This document shows positions 20,818 through 29,096 of a stretch of 64,000 bases of DNA, piece by piece. The position numbers and the translations under genes were made by a program. Source of the DNA: Syntrophales bacterium (lineage in GTDB: Bacteria > Desulfobacterota > Syntrophia > Syntrophales > PHBD01); the NCBI GenBank assembly GCA_963668175.1, contig OY764159.1, positions 3,360,001 through 3,424,000 of the forward strand. Reading direction: 5' to 3'. The notes beneath the pieces are model-generated. The model made no database searches. It had not been told where the DNA came from and saw only the letters and a program-made list of their open reading frames with translations. Positions within the stretch are counted from its first letter, which is position 1, and each line of letters starts with the position of its first letter.

Positions 20818-22773
20818 TCAGTTTAATAATCTTTCCGCCGCCTGCGCCGTCACGGGGACGACCCGCACGGTCGTTTCGATCACGCCGGTCTGGCCGTCGC
20901 GGTAGCGGACGGTGCCCTTCACGTCCACTTCCTTGATATCCGAGTACATCGCTTCGATGAGCTTGATATAGAGGCCGTAAATGAAGCGCCGTCTCACCTT
21001 GCCCGTCCTCGTCAGTTCGTCGTCGTCGGCGTCGAGGAGCTTGTAGAGCAGGATGAACTTCCGGATCTTCATCGCCTCGGGCAACTGCCCGTTGATCTCT
21101 TTTATTTCGTTCAGGATCAGTTCCTCCACCGGCTTCTGCTGGGAGAGATCCATGTAAGTCGTGTAGGGGATCATCCGCTCTTCCGCCCAGTTGCCGACAT
21201 TCCCCATGTCGATATTGACCATCAGGGTTATGAAGGGCCGGCCTTCGCCGAAGACGACGGCCTCCTTGATATAGGGGCTGAACTTGAGGCGCGTCTCGAT
21301 AAAATCCGGCGAAAAGGCGTGGCCGCTCTTGTTCTTGATGATCTCCTCCTTGCGGCCGATGATCACCAGGTGGCCGTCGTCGTCGAAGTAGCCCGCGTCG
21401 CCCGTTTTGAGCCAGCCGCCTTCGAAAGCCCCGGCCGTGGCGTTGTAGTCCTGGTAGTAGCCCGAAAAGTTGGCATCGCTGTACACGAGGACCTCCTGAT
21501 CCTCGGAGATCTTCACCTGGATTCCCGGCAGGGGCTTCCCCACCGTTTCGGGCTTGATCTCGTCGTCGGGCTGGATCTGGAATATCCCGCCGGCTTCCGT
21601 GAGGCCGTAACACTGCTTGAGGTTGAGGCCCACGGCCCGGAAGAACCGGATGACGTCGGGGCTGATGGGATGGCCGCCGGTGAAGGCGCTGCGGAAACCG
21701 GCGCAGCCGATGCGGTCGAGAAGCGGCCGGTAGACAACGACAGATGCGCACTTATGGAGAAGGCTAAGCGGCAGGGCGACCGGTTTGCGGGCGGCGATGC
21801 ACTCCTCCACCTTGCGGCCCACCCGCTCCGCCATGCCGAAGAGCTTCCGCTTGACGAAGCCCGCGTCGGACATCTTCACCCGGATCTTCGAAGCCAGGTC
21901 CTCCCAGAAACGGGACGACGTGATGACGAGGGACGGGCCGATCTCGCGGAAATCCTCATCGATGGTTTCAATGGTCTCGGGGAAATTCATCGTCATCCCT
22001 CCGGCCAGGGCGACGCCCACGCCCCACATCTGGTCCACGATCCAGGCGGGAGGCGACATGGAGAGCCAGTTCTCGCCCGCTTCGATCCCCTGGGACCGGA
22101 CCCATTTGACGCCTATCTCCGACATGTTCCGGTGCGAGATCATGGCCAGCTTGGAGAGGCCCGTCGTTCCGGAGGTCTGGATCATGAGGGCCGTGTCGCC
22201 GCTCCGGCCCTTTTTGAGTTCCTGGAGAAATTTTTCGGGATTTTCCCGGTCGTACCGGTCGCCTATCTCCAGAAGCTCCTTGAACGAGACAACCCAGGAA
22301 TCGCCGTCGTAGCCCCTCATTCCCGTCGGGTCGATATAGATCAGATGACGGACGTGCTTGAGCTTGGCGCGGTTGTCCAGGAGCTTGTCGATCTGTTCCT
22401 GGTCCTGGACGACGACGAAGGTCGCCTGGATGCGGTTCAGGGAGGTCACCAGCTCCGCGGCGACGGAGGACGTGAAGAGATTGAGGGTCACGGCCCCGGC
22501 GGCCTGGGCGCCGATCTCCGTGAAGAGCCATTCGGGATGGTTGTTCGTGACGATGCCGATGTTCTCCCCCCGCGAGAGGCCCAGGGCGTTCAGCCCCATC
22601 GCCGCTTTACGGACGTAGGCCAGGTATTCCCGCCAGCCGATGCTGTGCCATATGCCGTAGGCCTTTTCCCGGATGGCCGCCTTATCGTCCCCGAAGCGCT
22701 CCGCCTGGGCCGCCACGATCTGAGGCAGGGTGAGTTTTGAGAGCGTCTGTAGAAATTCCGGTTGGTTGGTCAT
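20818..22773 (-). CDS. AMP-dependent long-chain acyl-CoA synthetase
   Basis: TSGTTG..K, YGLTE, GWLKTGD. Confidence 0.9.
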   Translation of the reverse strand: MTNQPEFLQTLSKLTLPQIVAAQAERFGDDKAAIREKAYGIWHSIGWREYLAYVRKAAMGLNALGLSRGENIGIVTNNHPEWLFTEIGAQAAGAVTLNLFTSSVAAELVTSLNRIQATFVVVQDQEQIDKLLDNRAKLKHVRHLIYIDPTGMRGYDGDSWVVSFKELLEIGDRYDRENPEKFLQELKKGRSGDTALMIQTSGTTGLSKLAMISHRNMSEIGVKWVRSQGIEAGENWLSMSPPAWIVDQMWGVGVALAGGMTMNFPETIETIDEDFREIGPSLVITSSRFWEDLASKIRVKMSDAGFVKRKLFGMAERVGRKVEECIAARKPVALPLSLLHKCASVVVYRPLLDRIGCAGFRSAFTGGHPISPDVIRFFRAVGLNLKQCYGLTEAGGIFQIQPDDEIKPETVGKPLPGIQVKISEDQEVLVYSDANFSGYYQDYNATAGAFEGGWLKTGDAGYFDDDGHLVIIGRKEEIIKNKSGHAFSPDFIETRLKFSPYIKEAVVFGEGRPFITLMVNIDMGNVGNWAEERMIPYTTYMDLSQQKPVEELILNEIKEINGQLPEAMKIRKFILLYKLLDADDDELTRTGKVRRRFIYGLYIKLIEAMYSDIKEVDVKGTVRYRDGQTGVIETTVRVVPVTAQAAERLLN

Positions 22774-22788
22774 TACGCTATTCCTTCT

Positions 22789-23616
22789 TCAACTGTTTTC
22801 CTTGTCGCCGAGATAGGCCCTGACCACCTCGGGATCGTTCCGGACGTCTTCGGGCAGCCCCTCCGCCAGCTTTTCGCCGAAGTTGAGGACGACCACCCGC
22901 TTGGAGATGCTCATGACGATGGACATGTCGTGCTCGACGAGGATCATCGTCTGTCCCCAGGCCTCGTTCAGCTCGACCAGGAACCGCACCATGTCCTCCT
23001 TCTCTTCGAGATTCATTCCGGCAAAGGGCTCGTCCAGGACCAGCAGTTTCGGCTCCAGGGCGAGCGCCCGGCCCAGTTCGACCCGCTTCATGAGGCCGTA
23101 AGGCAGGGAGGCGACGGTCTTCTTGCGGATCGCCTGCATCTCCAGGAAGTCGATCAGCTCCTCCAGGATGCGGCGGTGGCGTATCTCCTCCCTGACGACC
23201 CTGGGGGCGAAGAGGCCGGCCAGGCCGAGGTTGTAGCGGCAGTGGATATGGCGCGCCAGGAGCATGTTGGAGAGCACCGTCATGCCGGGAAAGAGCTCGA
23301 TGTTCTGGAAGGTCCGTCCGATGCCCACGTGAACCAGGTCGTGGGTGGGCAGGTGCGTGATGTCTTTGCCGTTAAAGACGATCCGGCCTTCCTGCGGGCG
23401 GTAGAACCCGGTGATGCAGTTGAGGAGGCTGGTCTTGCCCGCCCCGTTGGGGCCGATGACGGCGACCAGTTCCCCCGTATGGACCTGCATGCCGATGTCG
23501 GTTAGCGCCTTGACGCCGCCGAAGCTCAAGGAAAGGCCGCTGATCGTAAGTTCCGCCTCCTTCTCCTCTTCCCTCCGGTTGGCGTATATGTCCGGCTGGC
23601 CTCGGTAAGCCTTCAT
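22789..23616 (-). CDS. ABC transporter ATP-binding protein (LivG-like)
   Basis: GPNGAGKT, RTFQ, LDEP, EHDM; start reset to MKAYRG. Confidence 0.9.
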   Translation of the reverse strand: MKAYRGQPDIYANRREEEKEAELTISGLSLSFGGVKALTDIGMQVHTGELVAVIGPNGAGKTSLLNCITGFYRPQEGRIVFNGKDITHLPTHDLVHVGIGRTFQNIELFPGMTVLSNMLLARHIHCRYNLGLAGLFAPRVVREEIRHRRILEELIDFLEMQAIRKKTVASLPYGLMKRVELGRALALEPKLLVLDEPFAGMNLEEKEDMVRFLVELNEAWGQTMILVEHDMSIVMSISKRVVVLNFGEKLAEGLPEDVRNDPEVVRAYLGDKENS

Positions 23617-23624
23617 GAATGCTC

Positions 23625-24836
23625 CTATTTCGCGATCAGTTTGATCTTCTCTTTGCCGGGGGCGAAGAAGTTCGTCAGCGGCTTGTAGGTCCCGTCTTCG
23701 TTGACCCGGACGATCCTCGCCTTGAACGAGGCGCCGTGATCTTTCTTGGAGTACGTCACCGGCGGCACCAGGCCGTCGAAGTTCTCGTTGCGGAAGGATT
23801 CGAGGGCGTTGTTGATCGTCTCCCGGTCGATGCGCTTGTACTTCTCGTTGGCGCGGATGAAGGCCCGCTCCATGATCGCCCCCACGACCACGCCCTCCCA
23901 GTAGGCGGCGTCGAAGCCCTTCACGGTCTTGTAGCGCGTCCAGAGGTCCTGCATCAGCTTCATGCCCGCCGTGCCGTCCGCGGGAAGCCCGCCGGGGAAC
24001 TGCATGCTCAGGCGGTCCCGGATCAGTCCCTTGCCCAGCTTGTAGAAATCGGGGTCCGTGGAAGTCCAGGTGCCGAGAAAGGCCGGATTGTATTTGATGC
24101 GGTCGGCGCTCTTGAAGGCGGTCACGATGGTCGCCGGGAGCATCTGGATGAAGATGTACTCGGCGCCCGCCTTCTGGAGGCGGAGAAGCTCCGTCGTCAG
24201 GTCGACGGTCTTGGGCGGGAATTCCTCGACGGCCACGATGACGACGCCGGCCTTCTTGGCGTAGTCCTGGCTCGGCTGGTGGATCGAGCGGCCGTAGGCG
24301 TTGTTGTAGGTCAGGAGGCCGACCTTCGGGGCGTCCTTGCCCTTGTGGATCGTCTTGATGTAGTCGAGGACGGCGTAGCAGTCCATCTTGTAGCTGCCGA
24401 AGGGAAGATACATATAGTCCACGGGGGCTTCCATGATCTCCCAGCTTGTCGAGTAGTTGATGGTCGGTATCTTGTACTGCTGGATGATCGGCTTCGCGGC
24501 CAGGCCCTCGCCCGCGCCCCACGTGGCGATCATGTCCACCTTCTCCTGGACGGCGAACTTCCGGACGGCGGCGATGGCTTCCGGCACCTTGTAGGCCGTA
24601 TCGACCAGGATCATCTCGATCTTGTTGCCGGCGACCCCGCCCTTGACCTCATTGACATACCGGAAATAGTCCTGCTGCCCCTTGGCGTGGAACTGGCCCC
24701 AGCTCGAAGCCGGGCCGGTCATGTTGATCGCCGCCCCGACCTTGATCGTCTTCGCCTCCGCGCCCCCCGACGGCAGGACGGCCGCCATCAAAAGCGCCAT
24801 CCCGGCGAGCAACCCTTTTCGTATCGATTCGTGCAT
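23625..24836 (-). CDS. ABC transporter substrate-binding protein (LivK/Peripla_BP_6-like)
   Basis: Signal peptide, TIKVG..TGP, N..GGV.G; GGAGG RBS. Confidence 0.9.
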   Translation of the reverse strand: MHESIRKGLLAGMALLMAAVLPSGGAEAKTIKVGAAINMTGPASSWGQFHAKGQQDYFRYVNEVKGGVAGNKIEMILVDTAYKVPEAIAAVRKFAVQEKVDMIATWGAGEGLAAKPIIQQYKIPTINYSTSWEIMEAPVDYMYLPFGSYKMDCYAVLDYIKTIHKGKDAPKVGLLTYNNAYGRSIHQPSQDYAKKAGVVIVAVEEFPPKTVDLTTELLRLQKAGAEYIFIQMLPATIVTAFKSADRIKYNPAFLGTWTSTDPDFYKLGKGLIRDRLSMQFPGGLPADGTAGMKLMQDLWTRYKTVKGFDAAYWEGVVVGAIMERAFIRANEKYKRIDRETINNALESFRNENFDGLVPPVTYSKKDHGASFKARIVRVNEDGTYKPLTNFFAPGKEKIKLIAK

Positions 24837-24885
24837 CTTCTTCCCTCCTTCTATTGCGGTTTCCAATCACGTCCCCGCGACCCAC

Positions 24886-24914
24886 AAAAAAGGCCGTGGG
24901 GTTTCCACGGCCTT
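24886..24914 (-). terminator. Second terminator-like hairpin in the operon leader
   Basis: AAGGCCGTGG-aaaccc-CCACGGCCTT-TTTT on the minus strand. Confidence 0.6.
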
Positions 24915-24921
24915 CAAAAAC

Positions 24922-24957
24922 AAAAAAGCCGCGGGCAGAATCGGTCTGCCCACGGCT
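24922..24957 (-). terminator. Attenuator terminator
   Basis: AGCCGTGGGCAGA-ccgat-TCTGCCCGCGGCT-TTTTT; its 5' arm can pair alternatively with GGTCTGCC...GCTCA at the leader 3' end. Confidence 0.8.
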
Positions 24958-24975
24958 CATTCGACTATTTTATGG

Positions 24976-25065
24976 TCATGAGCTCGGCAGGCAGACCTCC
25001 CTAAAAAAGCCAAAAAAGCTAAAAAACGCAAACAAGCTGGCTGCCAAGCTGATGTTATGAGACAT
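24976..25065 (-). CDS. Phe-rich attenuator leader peptide, 29 aa (MSHNISLAASLFAFFSFFGFFREVCLPSS)
   Basis: 7 TTT codons within 10 codons; upstream TTGACA(25128)-N17-TTTAAT; downstream terminator. Confidence 0.85.
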   Translation of the reverse strand: MSHNISLAASLFAFFSFFGFFREVCLPSS

Positions 25066-25189
25066 GTTTAAAGGTTAATCCTTCGTCGTTATTGGGCCGA
25101 TTAAAGAATAAACAGGCGCTTATGTCAAGAAAAAAATGCACGCCGATTTTTTTGATTGCCCTAAACGCCTATTAATACTATAGAAGGCT

Positions 25190-25978
25190 ATGAGCAAAAT
25201 GCAGGGCACACCGGAAAGAGAGACGCCGGACAGGCGGACGCGCCTCTACCTCCACATGAAGAAATGGCTGGAGAAGGCCGTCATGGATCACGGGATGATC
25301 GAGGAAGGGGACCGCGTCCTCGTGGGCGTGTCCGGCGGGAAGGACAGCTTTGTCCTCCTCGACCTCCTCGATTCGCCGATGGTCTTCGTCCCGAAATTCA
25401 CGATGATGGCCGTCAACATCGATCCCGGATTCGACGGCGATCTCAGGACGTACCGTATCCTGGAGGGCTATCTCCGGGAAAAGGGCTACCGGTACGTCAT
25501 AGAGAAATCGGACATCGGGCCGCTTTCGCACAGCGAATACAACCGCAAGAACCCCTGCTTCCTCTGCTCGCGCCTGCGGCGGAAGCGCATCTTCGAGATC
25601 GCAGGCGAACACAACTTCAACAAGATCGCCTTCGCCCATCACCGCGACGACATCATCGAGACCCTGCTCATCAACATGTTTTACGGCCGCGAGATCAGCA
25701 CGATGATGCCGAACCAGTCCATCTTCGGCGGGAAGATGAACATCATCAGGCCCCTTTCCTACATCCGGGAGGACCTGGTCAAGAAATACGCGGCGGAGCG
25801 CGCCTTCCCCGTGACCGAAAGCCGCTGCCCGACGGGCAAATCGTCCCGCCGGAACTACATCAAGGAATTGCTGAAAACGCTGGAAAAAGACAACCGGAAG
25901 ATCCGCGACAACATCTTTCTCGCCATGAGCCATGTCAAGACGGACTATCTCCCGGGACCGATACAGGACAAGGAATGA
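25190..25978 (+). CDS. ttcA: tRNA 2-thiocytidine biosynthesis TtcA-like PP-loop ATPase
   Basis: [26 protein letters not shown]. Confidence 0.8.
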   Translation: MSKMQGTPERETPDRRTRLYLHMKKWLEKAVMDHGMIEEGDRVLVGVSGGKDSFVLLDLLDSPMVFVPKFTMMAVNIDPGFDGDLRTYRILEGYLREKGYRYVIEKSDIGPLSHSEYNRKNPCFLCSRLRRKRIFEIAGEHNFNKIAFAHHRDDIIETLLINMFYGREISTMMPNQSIFGGKMNIIRPLSYIREDLVKKYAAERAFPVTESRCPTGKSSRRNYIKELLKTLEKDNRKIRDNIFLAMSHVKTDYLPGPIQDKE

Positions 25979-26448
25979 CCAGAAAAGACGAACCGCACAA
26001 GACGATCTGCCAGAACAAGACGGCCCGGATCAATTATTTCATCGAGGACACCTACGAGGCGGGCATCGCGCTCGTCGGCACGGAGGTGAAGGCGCTCCGG
26101 GAGGGCCGGGCGAACCTCAAGGACAGTTACGCCCGCGTCAACGAAGGCGAGGTGTATCTCTACGACCTGAACATCAGCCCCTATACCTTCGGCAACCGCT
26201 ACAACCACCAGCCCCTCCGGGTCCGGAAGCTCCTCCTCCACAAGCAGGAAATCAGGAGGCTTTACGGCAAGTCGCGGGAGAAGGGGCTCGCGCTCATCCC
26301 CCTTGCGCTCTATTTCAAGAACGGCAAGGTCAAGGTGGAGCTCGGCCTGGGCCGCGGGAAGAAGCTCCACGACAAACGGCAGGACATGAAGCTCAAGGAA
26401 GACAGGCGCGACATGGAGAGGGGGCTTCGGGCCAAGAACCGGGATTGA
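25975..26448 (+). CDS. smpB: SsrA-binding protein
   Basis: [32 protein letters not shown]; start reset to ATG 25975. Confidence 0.97.
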   Translation: MTRKDEPHKTICQNKTARINYFIEDTYEAGIALVGTEVKALREGRANLKDSYARVNEGEVYLYDLNISPYTFGNRYNHQPLRVRKLLLHKQEIRRLYGKSREKGLALIPLALYFKNGKVKVELGLGRGKKLHDKRQDMKLKEDRRDMERGLRAKNRD

Positions 26449-26479
26449 CAAAACGCGGCGGCGACTTATATTAAGGTTG

Positions 26480-26640
26480 AAAGGATCGCCACGATCCCGT
26501 TCATCCCCGGCGCGGAAAAAAGCCGGGGAGAGACTGCTTCGGGCCGGCGCACCTCCTGCCATCCCGGGCAGTCAGGCATTTTGATCCCGGGATTGGGAGC
26601 GATGGGAAGGTGGTTGACATCCGACCGTGGCGGTCCCTGA
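26480..26640 (+). ncRNA. Candidate structured small RNA, family not recognised
   Basis: TTGACA(26445)-N16-TATATT upstream; 11-bp closing stem 26483-26493 with 26626-26636; internal hairpins. Confidence 0.45.
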
Positions 26641-27179
26641 AAAAGATCGCTTTCGACGATCTTCGAGGGTTGGCGGACGCGGATATTGAAAAGGCCCCCT
26701 GCACCCTTCGTCGCGCGGCGCACCGTCACGATCGCCGCGCAAGGGCCGGGCCGGTCCGCCGGGCTCAACCCCGCCTAAGACGGGGCGAATTATTAAAGGT
26801 TATTGACGGTTTGCCGGGGCGTTCCCCTCCCGCCGTTGCGGACGGCCGGGGAAGGAACGGCAGCGACGATGGAAAATAATGGCTTGTTTCAACGGGCCGT
26901 TTCCCATTCGTCGTTTTTCCCGGCGTTTTTACAGCCGTTCTTGCCGGCGTTATTCCCGGCAAAACGGCGTTCACGGCTTATTGTACACCCTGAGGAATCA
27001 GGGGTTCTCTCAACCGCAACATCCTTTTCTGCCATGGGATGTCAATCTTCCGCTTGATCCGCGGGGCCTTCCCCCTTTGTGGTCCCGGCGTCGATGAAGG
27101 GTTGGAAGAGAGGTTGAGGGAATGCACTACTTGTGTTATTATAAAGTCGGTTCTTTGCCATAGACCCATCAAAACGAAT

Positions 27180-27534
27180 GGGGGCGTCACGGTTTCGACG
27201 GGGATAGTTGAAGCTGTAGAAGCGTACCGAGGTTCCTACAGGCCTCGTTAAACAGGTAGGAAAATCATAATCGCAAACGATTACGAATACGCCTTAGCCG
27301 CTTAGTCGGCTAACGTCCTCCCGGCTTTGTCCGTTGGGCCGGATGAGGGCGTCATTTAGACGGAATAACCGATTCCCCTCGCCTGGCGGGGATGAGGCGA
27401 AAACCTTACAGGCTAGCGACGGTTGAATCCTGCCCCTGGGAGCCTTCCGGAGCGAAATTAAATCAGGGAATACGTACGTAGAAACTGCAGTGGAATGTTT
27501 TCGGACGCGGGTTCGACTCCCGCCGCCTCCACCA
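27180..27534 (+). ncRNA. ssrA: tmRNA
   Basis: GGGGGCG/CGCCTCC-ACCA acceptor stem with G3-U, GGTTCGACTCC T-arm, tag ANDYEYALAA* at 27273-27305. Confidence 0.97.
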
Positions 27535-27540
27535 TAATAC

Positions 27541-28788
27541 TTAATTATTATCAGCAATTACATTATTATTTTCTACCGCAACGCTACCGCAATTTTCCAT
27601 GCCCTGCTGGTGTGGCATCTGATAACCGGGTCGCCGCATACTCAACACCTGCCCTATCCTTTTTGACGTCCTCTTTGCGTATCGTTTGGTCATCTCTGAT
27701 GTTTTATGCCTTAAAACGGCTTGCACAAAGGACTCATCTTTTCCTTCATCGAGCAGTTGGCACCCCAACGAGTGTCGGACGGCATTGTATAGTTTAATTC
27801 TTATTCCTGCTTTTCCACAGGCCTCATGCCATACCTTATTAAGATTCTTGTTTGTATAGGGCTTTCCATCTTCTCGGACGAATAGAAACGGTCCTGTGTG
27901 TTTTGGCAGGTTATCAAGAATCTCCTTTGCATACGGTGTTAGTTCCAGCTCTCCCACTTCGCCCGTTTTTGTCTTTTCATTTAGATCATTGTCCGAAAAG
28001 GCACGTTTAATATAAACTTTCCCATTTTTCACAGCGTCTTTTTTGATTGCTCGGACTTCTCCAATCCTAGGTCCATATTCCATTGCAAATCGGAAGATAT
28101 AAACATCCCTTGTCGGGACATGGGATAGCACGAGCTCTTGCTGTTCCATGGTCAGGTATTCAATCTCCGATGGTTTCGGCATACTCATCTTCGGAAAAGG
28201 GGGAACTCGTTTGATCTCTTCATTTGAGAAAGCCCACCTTACCATTGTTTTTAAGGCACCGAGTTTATTGTACGCGCCTTTTTCTTCTAACTTATTTTTA
28301 AGAAATTGTTGATATAAAACCAGCTCGGCTTTCCGAAATTTTCTAATATCCTTATCGGCTCCGAAATAGGGGATTGCATAATTGACGATACAAGTTTTGT
28401 AATCACGTTTGCATTTCTTGCCAGCGTCGCATTGTACAAGCCAAGTCTTGTAATATTCGCCTAGACTTAGTGGATTGCTGGGACGGAATGTACGTGGGTC
28501 AAATGCTTCCGGATCTCTATCGATATCTTCCTGAATGGCGGCCAGGAGCTTCTTGCCGTTTTCGTAATGTTTGATCGGGTGCCATTGGCCCTGAATGAGT
28601 ACCGACCAAAACTTTTCGATGGTACCCTTCCAATACAACTGGACAAAAAAGCGATTACCGTGCTTTTGGACGGTCCCGCGAGTAAAACCCATGACATGCC
28701 CTCCAGCTGGGTTTATACGGATATTATCCGAAACTGTCAAGGCCTTGGGCTGCTCTCTGACTTCCCCTGTCGATTGAATCGGCTCCAT
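27541..28788 (-). CDS. Tyrosine recombinase / phage-type integrase
   Basis: GPRIGE (R), KTG (K), YNAVRHS, LRH...TKRY (H, Y); start could be the later MGFTRG. Confidence 0.9.
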   Translation of the reverse strand: MEPIQSTGEVREQPKALTVSDNIRINPAGGHVMGFTRGTVQKHGNRFFVQLYWKGTIEKFWSVLIQGQWHPIKHYENGKKLLAAIQEDIDRDPEAFDPRTFRPSNPLSLGEYYKTWLVQCDAGKKCKRDYKTCIVNYAIPYFGADKDIRKFRKAELVLYQQFLKNKLEEKGAYNKLGALKTMVRWAFSNEEIKRVPPFPKMSMPKPSEIEYLTMEQQELVLSHVPTRDVYIFRFAMEYGPRIGEVRAIKKDAVKNGKVYIKRAFSDNDLNEKTKTGEVGELELTPYAKEILDNLPKHTGPFLFVREDGKPYTNKNLNKVWHEACGKAGIRIKLYNAVRHSLGCQLLDEGKDESFVQAVLRHKTSEMTKRYAKRTSKRIGQVLSMRRPGYQMPHQQGMENCGSVAVENNNVIADNN

Positions 28789-28860
28789 TAATTTATCCCT
28801 CTACCCATATATCCACGGGGTGTCGCCCTCTGGAGGCAAAAAAAGTGAACTTTTTTTCAT

Positions 28861-29030
28861 ATAATTTTTTTTTAAGTGTGATTTTGGACAGAAAGACGAG
28901 TTAAAAATTTTTTAAGTGGCTTTTTGCAGGATAATTATTTTTTAAGTGCGCTTTTGGGCCAAAAGTCGATTTAAATATTTTTTATCTGACGTTTTTGCGT
29001 TTTTTGAAAAATTAAGTGGCGTTTTTGCGA
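28861..29030. repeat. AT-rich imperfect 70-bp tandem repeat with phased TTAAGTG boxes
   Basis: Boxes at 28872, 28912, 28942, 28982 (TTATCTG) and 29012. Confidence 0.8.
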
Positions 29031-29061
29031 ATAATGAAAATGGGCTCTTAAGGGCCGTTTT

Positions 29062-29090
29062 GTGACACGCATAATATAGTTTATTATACT
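29062..29090 (+). promoter_or_regulatory. Sigma70-like promoter facing the non-coding region
   Basis: GTGACA(29062-29067)-N17-TATACT(29085-29090). Confidence 0.65.
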
Positions 29091-29096
29091 TACTAG

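Noticed and set aside
21319..25004. Long plus-strand ORFs antisense to the ABC operon (e.g. 21319..22740, 23619..25004)
   Set aside because: Typical antisense shadows of high-GC3 genes
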